Assembly (NCBI GenBank): GCA_001780725.1
Contig: MFIM01000005.1
Span: 2,127-66,126, forward strand
Source: Candidatus Giovannonibacteria bacterium RIFCSPLOWO2_02_FULL_45_28
GTDB taxonomy: Bacteria; Patescibacteriota; Minisyncoccia; UBA11713; 2-01-FULL-45-33
Direction of reading: 5' to 3'
Length of the DNA stretch: 64,000 nt
Position 1 is the first letter of the stretch, and each line of letters opens with the position of its first letter. This document shows, one piece after another, positions 1 to 9,055 of this stretch. Made by a program: the position numbers and the translations under genes. The notes under the pieces were generated by a model. It was not told the origin of the DNA, did no database searches, and was given only the letters and a program-made list of their open reading frames with translations.

Positions 1-533
1 AGCTCTTTGGCGGCCGATTTTGTCAAACCGATTATCCCGGCTTTGCTCGCGCTATATGCCGCTTGACCGGCATTCCCGTGCGTGCCGACAACGGAGACAA
101 TATTAACTATTCGGCCTCCGGACGCCAGCATCAATTTAGCGGCTTCTTTCAGGCACAAGAATGTTCCTTTTAAATTAACGTTCAATATGTTATCCCAATC
201 TTTTTCGGCGGTGTTCACTATAAGACTGTCTTGCCTAATGCCAGCGTTATTTATGAGCACGTCAATCCGCCCAAACTGCTTTTTTATATCGCCGAACATC
301 TTTACAACATCTTTTGAATTGCTAATGTCAGCTCTTATTGCAACAACCTGCTTGTTTCGTTTTTTTAGCTCATCAATCACACGCCCCATTTCAGCTTCGC
401 GCTCGCGATAATTTAATATAACGGAGGCTCCGGCCGCAACAAAAGCGCGTGCGATTGCGCGCCCGATTCCCCTGCTGGCGCCGGTAACAAGCACTATTTT
501 GCCTTGTAGAATATTGCCGTCCGCGTTCATCAT
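1..533 (-). CDS. SDR oxidoreductase, FabG-like (3' end runs off the window)
   Basis: Manual translation of the minus strand gives M(M)NADGNILQGKIVLVTGASRGIGRAIA...DVLINNAG, with the TGxxxGIG and NNAG motifs. ATGA overlap with the upstream gene's stop. Absent from the ORF track because it is open-ended. Confidence 0.85.
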   Translation of the reverse strand, partial: MMNADGNILQGKIVLVTGASRGIGRAIARAFVAAGASVILNYREREAEMGRVIDELKKRNKQVVAIRADISNSKDVVKMFGDIKKQFGRIDVLINNAGIRQDSLIVNTAEKDWDNILNVNLKGTFLCLKEAAKLMLASGGRIVNIVSVVGTHGNAGQAAYSASKAGIIGLTKSAAKE

Positions 534-1081
534 ACATAATCGTTTTTATTAATAATTTCTGTGACTACCGCGTCCCGCCATCCGCCATTTCTGAAAACAT
601 AATCATTATATCTGCCAACCTCTTTGAATCCCAGTTTTTTATGAATATAGAGCACCGGGTTATCGCCGATGGTGCTGCCTCGCAGCGAATGCAATTTGAA
701 CACATCAAAAGCAAGTTTGATTATGGTTTGGAATAACACAAAACCGACACCGATATTTTTGCCGTGCGGATCAGCATAGGCGCCGAAGTAACAATGCCGA
801 TTTTTAAAATCAACGTCGTGCAGAGCGACAACGCCGATTGATTTTTTGTCCTTTTTGGCCAACCAACAAAAGTGCGTCTGATTTTTTGCAAGTTTTTTAA
901 TAAAATCGGAATGCTCTTCTTGGGTTAGAACGTGATTGGTAAACATCTGGTTTCTCACGTCCTTATGATTTCGCCAGGCAAGAACAAGGGCTTTTTCGCT
1001 ATCATTCAGATTTACAAAGTTAATAAGCGTTAGTCCTGCAATTTTCAAATTTTCCCGAAATTTTTTGTATTCGCGGATCAT
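530..1081 (-). CDS. pseH: PseH-like UDP-4-amino-4,6-dideoxy-sugar N-acetyltransferase (GNAT, RimJ/RimL fold)
   Basis: WRNHxxVR...EEH motif typical of PseH, in the same locus as pseB and pseC. Confidence 0.75.
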   Translation of the reverse strand: MIREYKKFRENLKIAGLTLINFVNLNDSEKALVLAWRNHKDVRNQMFTNHVLTQEEHSDFIKKLAKNQTHFCWLAKKDKKSIGVVALHDVDFKNRHCYFGAYADPHGKNIGVGFVLFQTIIKLAFDVFKLHSLRGSTIGDNPVLYIHKKLGFKEVGRYNDYVFRNGGWRDAVVTEIINKNDYV

Positions 1082-1968
1082 AATGTTTCTTTGGGGCGCA
1101 AAAATGCGACAATCTGCCTTCCCAGTCCCAGCTCGGCAAGCGCATGAAAATAATTAATTGCTTTTTCAACGGAAATAGCATGAATTAAATTATCTATTTC
1201 CAAGCGGGCCTTATGGCACGACGCGCCTTTGGATTTGTCTTTATAGTAATTGGTGTTTTCATTCAATAAATTAAAATCTACAGGATGTTCTGTGATAACA
1301 AAAGCGCTCTCCCAGCCAGCGGCGTTTGCAAGATTATTTAATCCGTCCTTGTTGAAGTAAGACAAATGGTCCGGCAAAACCACCCAAAACTCGTTTTCCA
1401 GATATTTTTTTTCAAGCAAGTATCGCTGCAATACAGAAAAGTCGTTTGGAACTTCAACCACCAAAACGCCGTCCGGATTTATAAGCTGTCGGCATTGTTT
1501 TAACAGCTTCAGCGGTTCGGTCACATGCTCCAGCACGTTGTCAAGACAAATCACGTCAAATTGCCGATTCAAATGAATGAATTTTTGGATTGAGTCCGCG
1601 AAATCGCCGACTACAATATTTTCCAAGCAATCCGGATTGTGGCGCCTGCAGCCGAAATCGCTAAAATCCAAGCCTGTTACTGTCCAACCAAGCCTTTTGA
1701 AATACTTCAGCGTCCAGCCCTCCCCGCATCCGACATCTAAAAAAGATTTGGCGGTGCTTGCAAGATATTTTTGAATAACGAAATGCTTTTCTTGGTTTTT
1801 ATTATCAAAATAGCGGATCTCGTCTGCGGAATACTCGTTTTGGTAAGCACCCATTGATTCTTGATAATATTTTTTTGAATAAAATTCGCCCAGCTCCGCT
1901 TGGCTCGGCTTCTTTTCAACCTCACAGTACCCGAATTTATTTTTAATAATTTTTAAATTTTTATTCAT
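1078..1968 (-). CDS. Class I SAM-dependent methyltransferase
   Basis: LDVGCGEG, NVLEHV, EVPND motifs. Confidence 0.85.
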   Translation of the reverse strand: MNKNLKIIKNKFGYCEVEKKPSQAELGEFYSKKYYQESMGAYQNEYSADEIRYFDNKNQEKHFVIQKYLASTAKSFLDVGCGEGWTLKYFKRLGWTVTGLDFSDFGCRRHNPDCLENIVVGDFADSIQKFIHLNRQFDVICLDNVLEHVTEPLKLLKQCRQLINPDGVLVVEVPNDFSVLQRYLLEKKYLENEFWVVLPDHLSYFNKDGLNNLANAAGWESAFVITEHPVDFNLLNENTNYYKDKSKGASCHKARLEIDNLIHAISVEKAINYFHALAELGLGRQIVAFLRPKETL

Positions 1969-1974
1969 ACAACA

Positions 1975-2006
1975 TAAAAATAAACCCGCCGGATGTCCAG
2001 CGAGTT
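1975..2006 (-). terminator. Putative intrinsic terminator or attenuator inside the operon
   Basis: Minus-strand RNA AACUCGCUGGA-CA-UCCGGCGGGUU forms a stem (two G-U pairs) followed by UAUUUUUA. Confidence 0.6.
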
Positions 2007-2007
2007 A

Positions 2008-2640
2008 TCACGCTTGTGAATACTTATAAACGCCGGACTCAATTTCAGCCACCCCCTTTCCTTCAAGCTCAATGCGCCGTTTCAAATCCTCACTACTGTA
2101 AGCGTCCGCAATAATTTTTTCCCAACGATTCCTGTCGTACTCCAAAACTATTTCTTCCGCCGAACTCAACACAATGCGGTGTTCTTGTAATAATTGTCTC
2201 AAAACAAACAAATCTTCGACAGCTTCAATTATAGCCTTTGTTCTTGGCAGGTGCCACCCATTGGAAAGTATGGTAATCTTAACAAATTCTTTCTGCTGGA
2301 TTATTTTATTGAGTTCGTTCAATTGTTTGAAAGTGTTTCCTGAATTCGTCTCGGTTATAATATTCTCCTTAGCCACGCCCAAATCAACCAATTCGTTTCT
2401 TATAACTTCGGCCGCGGGTGGGACACCCGAAATATCCGCCAATTGCCCCTTGCCGCCCAAACAAATGATGGTTTGGCGCGGATCATTTTTATATAAATGA
2501 CTCGCTGCAACCACTCTTAGCCTGTCTCCAATTGTGCCAAATTTATCTCCCGCCTCGCCATAATTGGTGGTGCGCCATTTCCCGTTGCTGTCCTTTTTTA
2601 ATCCGCCGCCCAAAATTGCAATGATATTAATGGGTTTCAT
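2008..2640 (-). CDS. YdcF/ElyC/DUF218 family protein
   Basis: ILGGG, CLGG, ExxSxNT and SNGWHLPR motifs of DUF218. Confidence 0.75.
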   Translation of the reverse strand: MKPINIIAILGGGLKKDSNGKWRTTNYGEAGDKFGTIGDRLRVVAASHLYKNDPRQTIICLGGKGQLADISGVPPAAEVIRNELVDLGVAKENIITETNSGNTFKQLNELNKIIQQKEFVKITILSNGWHLPRTKAIIEAVEDLFVLRQLLQEHRIVLSSAEEIVLEYDRNRWEKIIADAYSSEDLKRRIELEGKGVAEIESGVYKYSQA

Positions 2641-3431
2641 TTTACTTGCGCTTCTTTTAAGAATTTTGCATCTTCTTTAAGCGATGTCAAATATCCCTCG
2701 TTTCTTTTGATGTGCTGGTTAATTGAAATTGATTTTGGATTTCTTTTTAAGAAACTCAAAATATCCCGTAAAGTAAAATATTTATTCTTTTTATATAATG
2801 CGCCGAATATTTTTCGCACCAAAATCAAATCATTCGGCTCATCAACCGTCAAACGAAGATGCGAATTGTCTTTTGTGCTGCGGACATTGCCTATGCGGAA
2901 AATTTCCGTGTGCTTGTAAATATATGCCGTGACATGCTCGCGCTCGGAGAGCAACGAGGCGTTCTTCCAGGCTCGCTCAAGCGCTTTAAAAGAAAAAACT
3001 TCTGTATCCATTCCGTCCGGAAAAGTCGGCGGATATGTATTGCTTACATAATCAAATTTATTTTTATTGCGTTTGTAAAAATTGATTACTTTATCTACAA
3101 TCGCCGGGTCTATGATTGGGCAATCGCTGGTAACCCTTACAATAGCATCGCCGTCTGCCAGCCGGCGGATTTTAGCCGCCTGATAAGTGCGGTCTAAAAC
3201 GTCTTCTTCGGAGCCGCGGAAAAAATCAACTCCGAGCTTTTTGGCGACCTTCACAATTTTTCCATCTCGCTGTTTGGTGGTAGTTGCAACGATAATTTTA
3301 TCCGCGGATTTAACTTTTTTGAGGCGCGAAATTAAATGCTCCAGCAGGGTTTTGCCAAAAATTTTTTTTAACACCTTGCCCGGAAGGCGCGTAGAGGCCA
3401 TGCGAGCTTGGACTATAATCGCAATCACCAT
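2637..3431 (-). CDS. spsF: SpsF-like acylneuraminate cytidylyltransferase family protein
   Basis: QARMASTRLPGKVL, RGSEEDVL, DCP, PDGMDTE, REHVT and RLTVD motifs. Confidence 0.85.
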   Translation of the reverse strand: MVIAIIVQARMASTRLPGKVLKKIFGKTLLEHLISRLKKVKSADKIIVATTTKQRDGKIVKVAKKLGVDFFRGSEEDVLDRTYQAAKIRRLADGDAIVRVTSDCPIIDPAIVDKVINFYKRNKNKFDYVSNTYPPTFPDGMDTEVFSFKALERAWKNASLLSEREHVTAYIYKHTEIFRIGNVRSTKDNSHLRLTVDEPNDLILVRKIFGALYKKNKYFTLRDILSFLKRNPKSISINQHIKRNEGYLTSLKEDAKFLKEAQVK

Positions 3432-3475
3432 ATTGGAATATAACGCATTATCAAGTGCTTTGGTTTGTGTTGCGC

Positions 3476-3503
3476 TTGACGACTTTTATAGATTTGTTAT
3501 AAT
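3476..3503 (+). promoter_or_regulatory. Sigma70-type promoter for the 3542 gene
   Basis: TTGACG-16 nt-TATAAT with a TGn extended -10. Purine-rich SD-like AAGGGAAGGA upstream of the ATG. Confidence 0.7.
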
Positions 3504-3541
3504 ACTAACCAGAATTTAAAAAGGGAAGGATGGGTTGAAAG

Positions 3542-4597
3542 ATGCATTTTTTTCTGATAGCAAATGACTATGGAGAGTCTCTCTGTTTGGATAGCATTAG
3601 CTCGGAATTGAAACAGCGCGAGCACACGACTATTGAAGTTTTTGGGAGAGGAAAAAATCTCGCACTGACGGAAAAAATAGTTCAGCAAGCATTAGATGCG
3701 GACGTATTTATTACTGCTATCTCTGAATTCAACGAAGCGGAGGTGGCACTGGCAAAAAATGTGTGGAATCAAAAACCATGCATGCCGACTGTTGTCTACG
3801 CTCCGGGAAGATACGCTTTTCGCAATAAGGGCGCTACTTCTCTTCGCGGCATTACCGACCTTCTTCTTGTGGGAAATACGGACGAGGTTGAGGAAGCAAA
3901 AACGCTGTATCCGAGAGCGGCGCAGGTGGCGGCGGTTGGAAATGTTCTCCATGAAAATTTTTATCCGGAGCTTTCCATGGCAGAAGCGCGGAAGAAAATA
4001 GGAGTCGGAGACAATCAAAAGCTTATCTTCGTCCCGGGCGACAAACGGCTCGGCATTAACTGGCCGCTTTTCCATTCGGTAATTGAAGCCGCGCACCGCG
4101 CGTGTGTTCAGCGGCATTCGCCGATGGTCGCAATCGGCATTCATCCAGGCGATCAATATCCAATTGACATGTACCACGACGCTGAAAAGTATAGCCGCAA
4201 CGTTCCAGTTAAGATTTTCATGCGCGACATCCTGACTTCGGCAATACTGGTAACGGCTTGCGACTTAATGGTTACTGCAGTATCATCGCTAGCCACAATG
4301 GCAGCATTCCAAAGAAAGCCAATTATCGGCTTTTACTTTGAAAATCTTTTGGCCGACGCTGAAGACGCACAAGGCGGCAAGCCGCTTGAATGGGAACTTG
4401 AGAGCAACAAAGCCGCTGAAGTAGTGCGAGGAGGATCAGTGGACCTATTAGCTGAAACAATAAGCAGGCTTCTTTCGCCAAATGGTTTCAGAAAAATGCG
4501 AAGGCATCAAAAAATAGCTTACCCCGAAGCACCAATCCCAGGATCAACGGCAAAAAAAGCCGTTGACATCATTACTCGGCCAACCTTTAATGGTTAG
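3542..4597 (+). CDS. Divergent GT-B-fold protein (glycosyltransferase/epimerase/hydrolase-like), function unknown
   Basis: 351-aa ORF with its own promoter. AVGN, IHP and DLMVTAVSS...AAFQRKPII segments resemble the C-terminal domain of the GT-B fold. Confidence 0.55.
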   Translation: MHFFLIANDYGESLCLDSISSELKQREHTTIEVFGRGKNLALTEKIVQQALDADVFITAISEFNEAEVALAKNVWNQKPCMPTVVYAPGRYAFRNKGATSLRGITDLLLVGNTDEVEEAKTLYPRAAQVAAVGNVLHENFYPELSMAEARKKIGVGDNQKLIFVPGDKRLGINWPLFHSVIEAAHRACVQRHSPMVAIGIHPGDQYPIDMYHDAEKYSRNVPVKIFMRDILTSAILVTACDLMVTAVSSLATMAAFQRKPIIGFYFENLLADAEDAQGGKPLEWELESNKAAEVVRGGSVDLLAETISRLLSPNGFRKMRRHQKIAYPEAPIPGSTAKKAVDIITRPTFNG

Positions 4598-4604
4598 CCG
4601 TTTT

Positions 4605-5939
4605 TTATGTTAGCCTCTTAAATCCGCTGTGCGCTATCGGACCTTCAAGAAGGTTGCTGGTGGTTTTATTTTCTATTGACCGCTTTATTATTCCAAAAAC
4701 TTCGTCTACGGCTTTGAGATATGACTTAACATGATTTTCTTTGTGGGCGTAAGAAACATAAACGCTCAAGGCCGCGAGATATCCACGCTTCAGCATCTCC
4801 TGAATGAATAGGGTTTTGAGCGCCTGATTAATTTTGCCTCCGCCAGCCGGCGGATTGAATGAAAAGGTAATAAGCGGATTCGGCCCGACAACAGTAATAT
4901 CTAAACCGTGCTTTTCGGCCACAGCTTTCCACCCCTTCCCAATCCTCTCCCCGATTTTTCCCAGATGTTCCGGCACATGTTTTTTCTGCATCTTTTTAAT
5001 AGTAGCCAGCGCCGCCACAGGACCAACCGCTTCCGTCCAATAAGTGCTGGAGATAAAAGTTTTTTGCGCGGCGTCCATAACTCCCTTTCTGCCAATTACA
5101 GCCGCCATCGGATAGCCATTGCTCATAGCTTTGGCGAAAACAGCGATATCCGGGTTCACTCCGTATAAAAGATGTGCGCCTCCGACATTAAGCCGCCAAC
5201 CTATTGAAATTTCATCAAAAATCAAAACAGCGCCGATTTTTTTTGCTATTTGGGCAACTTTTTTTATAAAATCATTTTTAGGCTCCGTGTGCCGAAGCGT
5301 TTCCATTACAATTACTCCGATATCTTTGTTTGCGGCAGCAATCTTTTCAAGCGCGGCTATATCATTGTAATGGAACGGGAAAGCGGTGCCTTTTAACCCG
5401 CGCGGGACTCCGGCTGGATCAAGCCCGGGCAATAAATGGCCGTCTAAATTTTTCTTGTCGGCCAAGTTCGCTGCCAAATACCAGTCATGCCAGCCATGAT
5501 ATCCGCAGAATGCAATCTTGTCGCGGCCGGTGTATGCACGGGCAATTCTTACGGCAATTGACATCGCCTCCCCGCCGGTCCGCGCGAATCTCGCCATATT
5601 CGCCCAAGGATGGAGCTTGCAAAGAATTTCCGCAAGCTCCACTTCCTCCGGAGAATTTAGCGTGGACATTGAACCTAAATCCGCCGCCATTTTAACGGCG
5701 CGATTTACGTCCGGATCGGCATATCCCAAAACACAACTCCCGACGCCCATCAATGAAAAATCCTCATATTTATTTCCATCCAAATCCCAAACTTCTATAC
5801 CTTTGGCTTTCTTATAATAAGAAGGCCATCCACCAGGCAAAAACATTTCTGACCTTTTGGACAAGAGCTGGCTCCCGCCGGGAATTATTTTTTTAGCCCG
5901 CCTCCACAAAGCCGGCCCTTTTTTTATTAAAAGGTTCAT
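4605..5939 (-). CDS. Class III PLP aminotransferase (glutamate-1-semialdehyde aminomutase-like)
   Basis: WDLDGNxY, GYHGWHDW, IFDE, FAKAMSNG (PLP lysine) and SSTY motifs. Confidence 0.85.
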   Translation of the reverse strand: MNLLIKKGPALWRRAKKIIPGGSQLLSKRSEMFLPGGWPSYYKKAKGIEVWDLDGNKYEDFSLMGVGSCVLGYADPDVNRAVKMAADLGSMSTLNSPEEVELAEILCKLHPWANMARFARTGGEAMSIAVRIARAYTGRDKIAFCGYHGWHDWYLAANLADKKNLDGHLLPGLDPAGVPRGLKGTAFPFHYNDIAALEKIAAANKDIGVIVMETLRHTEPKNDFIKKVAQIAKKIGAVLIFDEISIGWRLNVGGAHLLYGVNPDIAVFAKAMSNGYPMAAVIGRKGVMDAAQKTFISSTYWTEAVGPVAALATIKKMQKKHVPEHLGKIGERIGKGWKAVAEKHGLDITVVGPNPLITFSFNPPAGGGKINQALKTLFIQEMLKRGYLAALSVYVSYAHKENHVKSYLKAVDEVFGIIKRSIENKTTSNLLEGPIAHSGFKRLT

Positions 5940-6895
5940 ATTTTCTTTGCACGAATTAAAACTTTTAAAACATTCTTAGCCGCCCTTAAGCCTTGGAGTG
6001 GTTCAGAGTTGTTTTTAATACAATTTAAAAAATGTTTTATTTCCTCAACAAACATTTTATTTAAATTTTTGTCTCCGCGATAAAGCTCTTTTTTTATTTT
6101 TCTGTCTTCAAAAATAAGGGTGTCCTCCCCGATATCCAGCGTCAGAGTGCCTTTTTCGGTCACAACCTCAATTCGATGCGTTGTTTTTTTGCAGATATAA
6201 TCCGAAGCAATGCCGGAGATAACACCATTTTTGTGTTCCAACATCAACACGGCCATCTCTTCGCTTTTGAATCCTAAAGGATGCTTATCACTCAAAAGCA
6301 ACGCCGCTTTTTTAATATCTCCGAAAAGAGCCGAAAGGTAATAAATTGAGTGGGTTACATGGTCTAAAATTACGCCTCCTCCCTCGGTTTTTTTCGCGAT
6401 ATAGCTTTTTTTATAATTTATATTTTTTCTGGCCCAAGGGATATAAAATCCCTGCGCCACACGGCAAAGCATCGCTTTGCCATAAACCATGCTTTTTAAA
6501 ACACTTTGAAGTTTTTTAAATCCTTCATAAAAAAGAAAATTGCAAGCAGGCATCACAACTTTTTTGCCGCGCGCTACTTTTTTGATTAAAGCGTCAACGC
6601 CGGCTAAATTGTTTGAAAGAGGCTTTTCAATAAAAACATGCGCGCCGTAGTTTAAAGCCAAACTTGCCGTCGGCACATGCAAATGCGTCGGATTGCAAAT
6701 AAAAACAATATTCGGCCGTTCTTTTTCTATGGCGGTTTTGGCGTTTTTGTATAAAGAAAAATTGCCAAGCAATGCAGCTACTTTTAATTTTTTCTCATCG
6801 GGATCAGAGACGACTAAATTTTTGTAACCTAACTTAAGTAAGTTTTTTAAATGCCTCGTCCCAATTGATCCCGCGCCAATAATCAAAATTTTCAT
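5936..6895 (-). CDS. Gfo/Idh/MocA family oxidoreductase
   Basis: GAGSIG, IEKP and GGGVILD motifs. Confidence 0.85.
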   Translation of the reverse strand: MKILIIGAGSIGTRHLKNLLKLGYKNLVVSDPDEKKLKVAALLGNFSLYKNAKTAIEKERPNIVFICNPTHLHVPTASLALNYGAHVFIEKPLSNNLAGVDALIKKVARGKKVVMPACNFLFYEGFKKLQSVLKSMVYGKAMLCRVAQGFYIPWARKNINYKKSYIAKKTEGGGVILDHVTHSIYYLSALFGDIKKAALLLSDKHPLGFKSEEMAVLMLEHKNGVISGIASDYICKKTTHRIEVVTEKGTLTLDIGEDTLIFEDRKIKKELYRGDKNLNKMFVEEIKHFLNCIKNNSEPLQGLRAAKNVLKVLIRAKKI

Positions 6896-8034
6896 GTGGA
6901 TTTTAAAATCTTTATTAAAGTTTTAATCACGAAATTTTGTTCTGTGTTTTTGAGGCTTGGGAAAATCGGCAAAGATATTTCTGCTTCGTAAAATGCTTCG
7001 GCTTTGGGGCATAGGCCTTTTTTGTAGCCGAGTTTTTGATAATAAGGATGAAGATACACCGGAATATAATGAATTTGCGCTCCGATTCCGGCGTTGCGGA
7101 GTTTTTTTACAATTTCCGCGCGTTTATTCGCCGACTTTCCCGCGAAACGCAACGGATACAGATGCCAGCTAGAGCTCACGCCTACGTGCTCTTCCGGCAA
7201 AAGCAGATTTTTATTTTGCCTAATCGCTTCGCCGTAGCGCGAAGCGATTTTTTTCCGCGCGCTTATAAATTTATCCAGCTTTTTTAGTTGGGAAATCCCT
7301 AAAGCGGCATGGATATCCGTGAGCCTGTAATTAAAACCTAGCATCTGCATCCCCCGGCTCCCGATGCCGTGGTGTCTGAACTGTTTTAATTTTTCGTAAT
7401 AAATTTTACTGTTGGTCGCAACCGCCCCTCCCTCGCCGGTAGTAATTGATTTTACCGGATGAAAACTGAAAGTAGTCATATCGGCAATGCTGCCGATTTT
7501 TTTGCCTTTGTATTTGGCGCCCAAAGAATGCGCGGCGTCTTCTATTAAAACCAGTTTACGTTTGCGGGCTAGGCTTTTAAATTTATCTAAATTCGCCGGA
7601 TGCCCAGCGTAATCTACCACCGCCAATAATTTGGTTTTTCGTGTTATTTTTTTTTCCGCCTCCACCGGGTCAAGATTTCCATACTCATCAATATCGGCGA
7701 AAACAGGCCTTGCCCCAAGATACAAACCCGCGTTTGAGGTGGCCGCGAAAGTTAAAGGCGTTGTAATAAACTCGTCGCCGCGCCTCATTCCTGCAACAAA
7801 ATATGCGGCGTGCAATGCCGCAGTGCCGCTGGAAAAAGCTGCGGCGAATTTTGCGCCGCAATAGTGCGCAAGCGCTCTTTCAAATTCCCCAATTTTCGGT
7901 CCTTGCGTCAGCCAGTCTGATTTTAAAACGCTTTTTACCGCCTCAATATCGGCGTTATCAATTGATTGATGCCCGTAAGGAATCGTTGCTTTAGCAACGA
8001 TCCCGCCGCGGCGGGATGAAAACGTGGTTTTCAT
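6892..8034 (-). CDS. pseC: PseC-like DegT/DnrJ aminotransferase (carries a 12-aa N-terminal insert)
   Basis: IPYGHQ, LTQGP, EDAAHSLG and FSFHPVKSITTGEGG motifs. Adjacent to pseB. Confidence 0.85.
   Translation of the reverse strand: MKTTFSSRRGGIVAKATIPYGHQSIDNADIEAVKSVLKSDWLTQGPKIGEFERALAHYCGAKFAAAFSSGTAALHAAYFVAGMRRGDEFITTPLTFAATSNAGLYLGARPVFADIDEYGNLDPVEAEKKITRKTKLLAVVDYAGHPANLDKFKSLARKRKLVLIEDAAHSLGAKYKGKKIGSIADMTTFSFHPVKSITTGEGGAVATNSKIYYEKLKQFRHHGIGSRGMQMLGFNYRLTDIHAALGISQLKKLDKFISARKKIASRYGEAIRQNKNLLLPEEHVGVSSSWHLYPLRFAGKSANKRAEIVKKLRNAGIGAQIHYIPVYLHPYYQKLGYKKGLCPKAEAFYEAEISLPIFPSLKNTEQNFVIKTLIKILKST
7982..8017. repeat. 36-bp compound double palindrome inserted in-frame in pseC
   Basis: ATCGTTGCT-TT-AGCAACGAT overlaps the perfect 18-bp palindrome ATCCCGCCGCGGCGGGAT. 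Confidence 0.8.
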
Positions 8035-8035
8035 T

Positions 8036-9016
8036 TTATGAAATTATGCTTAGAAAATCTTCTTTGTTTAAAATATCCACTTTATTGCTGGCGTATTGAA
8101 AACTCTTCGGAATGTATCCTGAAGATTGGGGGTGCGCCGCTTTCCACCAATCTTGCGCCGGCTCAACCAAGTAGTATTTTCCAATGTCCTTTGTCCTTCT
8201 GACTTCGTCTTCAGTCAGCAAAACCTCGTGCAGCTTTTCTCCGGGCCTTATGCCGATAATTTTGATCTGGCAGTTAGGCGCCGCCGCCGAAATCAAATCT
8301 TTCACTTTCATGGCTTTTAGTTTCGGCACAAAAATCTCGCCCCCCTGCATCGCGCCGAGGGCATTCAGCACCAGTCCCACTCCTTCGTCTAAAGTAATCC
8401 AAAATCGCGTCATGTCCTCGTGAGTTAGGGTTACTACTCCCTTATTTTTTTGCGAACTCAAAGTTTCCACAATACTGCCCCTGCTACCTACGACATTGCC
8501 GTATCTCACGGCGCTAAAAAACGGGGGCGAGGAACTCTCCCGCCTGTAAGAGTTTGCGGCAATTAGCAGTTTTTCCGCGCAAAGTTTGGTAGCCCCGTAC
8601 AAATTAATCGGATTGACGGCTTTGTCCGAAGAAATCAGCAAAACTTTCCCGACGTTGGAATCAAGTGCGGCATCAATCACATTCTGCGTTCCCAAAACAT
8701 TGGTTTTTACGGCTTCCAGTGGGTTATATTCCAGCGCCGGAACTTGTTTTAAGGCCGCGGCATGGACAACAATATCCACTCCGCGAAACGCCCTTTCCAA
8801 TCTTTGGAGGTCTCTTACGTCTCCCAAAAGAAACCTTAATTTGTCGTGATCGCCGAGCTTTAAGCGCATTTCGTGCTGTTTAAATTCATCGCGGCTAAAA
8901 ACAATAATTTTTCTGCACAAATCCAATCCCAAAAGTTTTTCCACGAATCTTTGCCCAAAAGACCCGGTGCCTCCGGTAACCAAAACAGCCTTATCTTTGA
9001 GAAACCCGTAGTCCAT
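8036..9016 (-). CDS. pseB: UDP-GlcNAc 4,6-dehydratase (inverting), PseB
   Basis: TGGTGSFG, SRDEFKQ, AALKQVP, DKAVNPINLYGATK, MTRFWI and RPGEKLHE motifs. Confidence 0.92.
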   Translation of the reverse strand: MDYGFLKDKAVLVTGGTGSFGQRFVEKLLGLDLCRKIIVFSRDEFKQHEMRLKLGDHDKLRFLLGDVRDLQRLERAFRGVDIVVHAAALKQVPALEYNPLEAVKTNVLGTQNVIDAALDSNVGKVLLISSDKAVNPINLYGATKLCAEKLLIAANSYRRESSSPPFFSAVRYGNVVGSRGSIVETLSSQKNKGVVTLTHEDMTRFWITLDEGVGLVLNALGAMQGGEIFVPKLKAMKVKDLISAAAPNCQIKIIGIRPGEKLHEVLLTEDEVRRTKDIGKYYLVEPAQDWWKAAHPQSSGYIPKSFQYASNKVDILNKEDFLSIIS

Positions 9017-9055
9017 AGTTATAGATTATAACTTTGAAAGACATTATGTAGTAAC

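Noticed and set aside
7646-7655. Long A/T homopolymers (here, near 16550 and elsewhere) as phase-variation tracts
   Set aside because: They are all in frame and expected from Lys-rich coding in AT-rich DNA.
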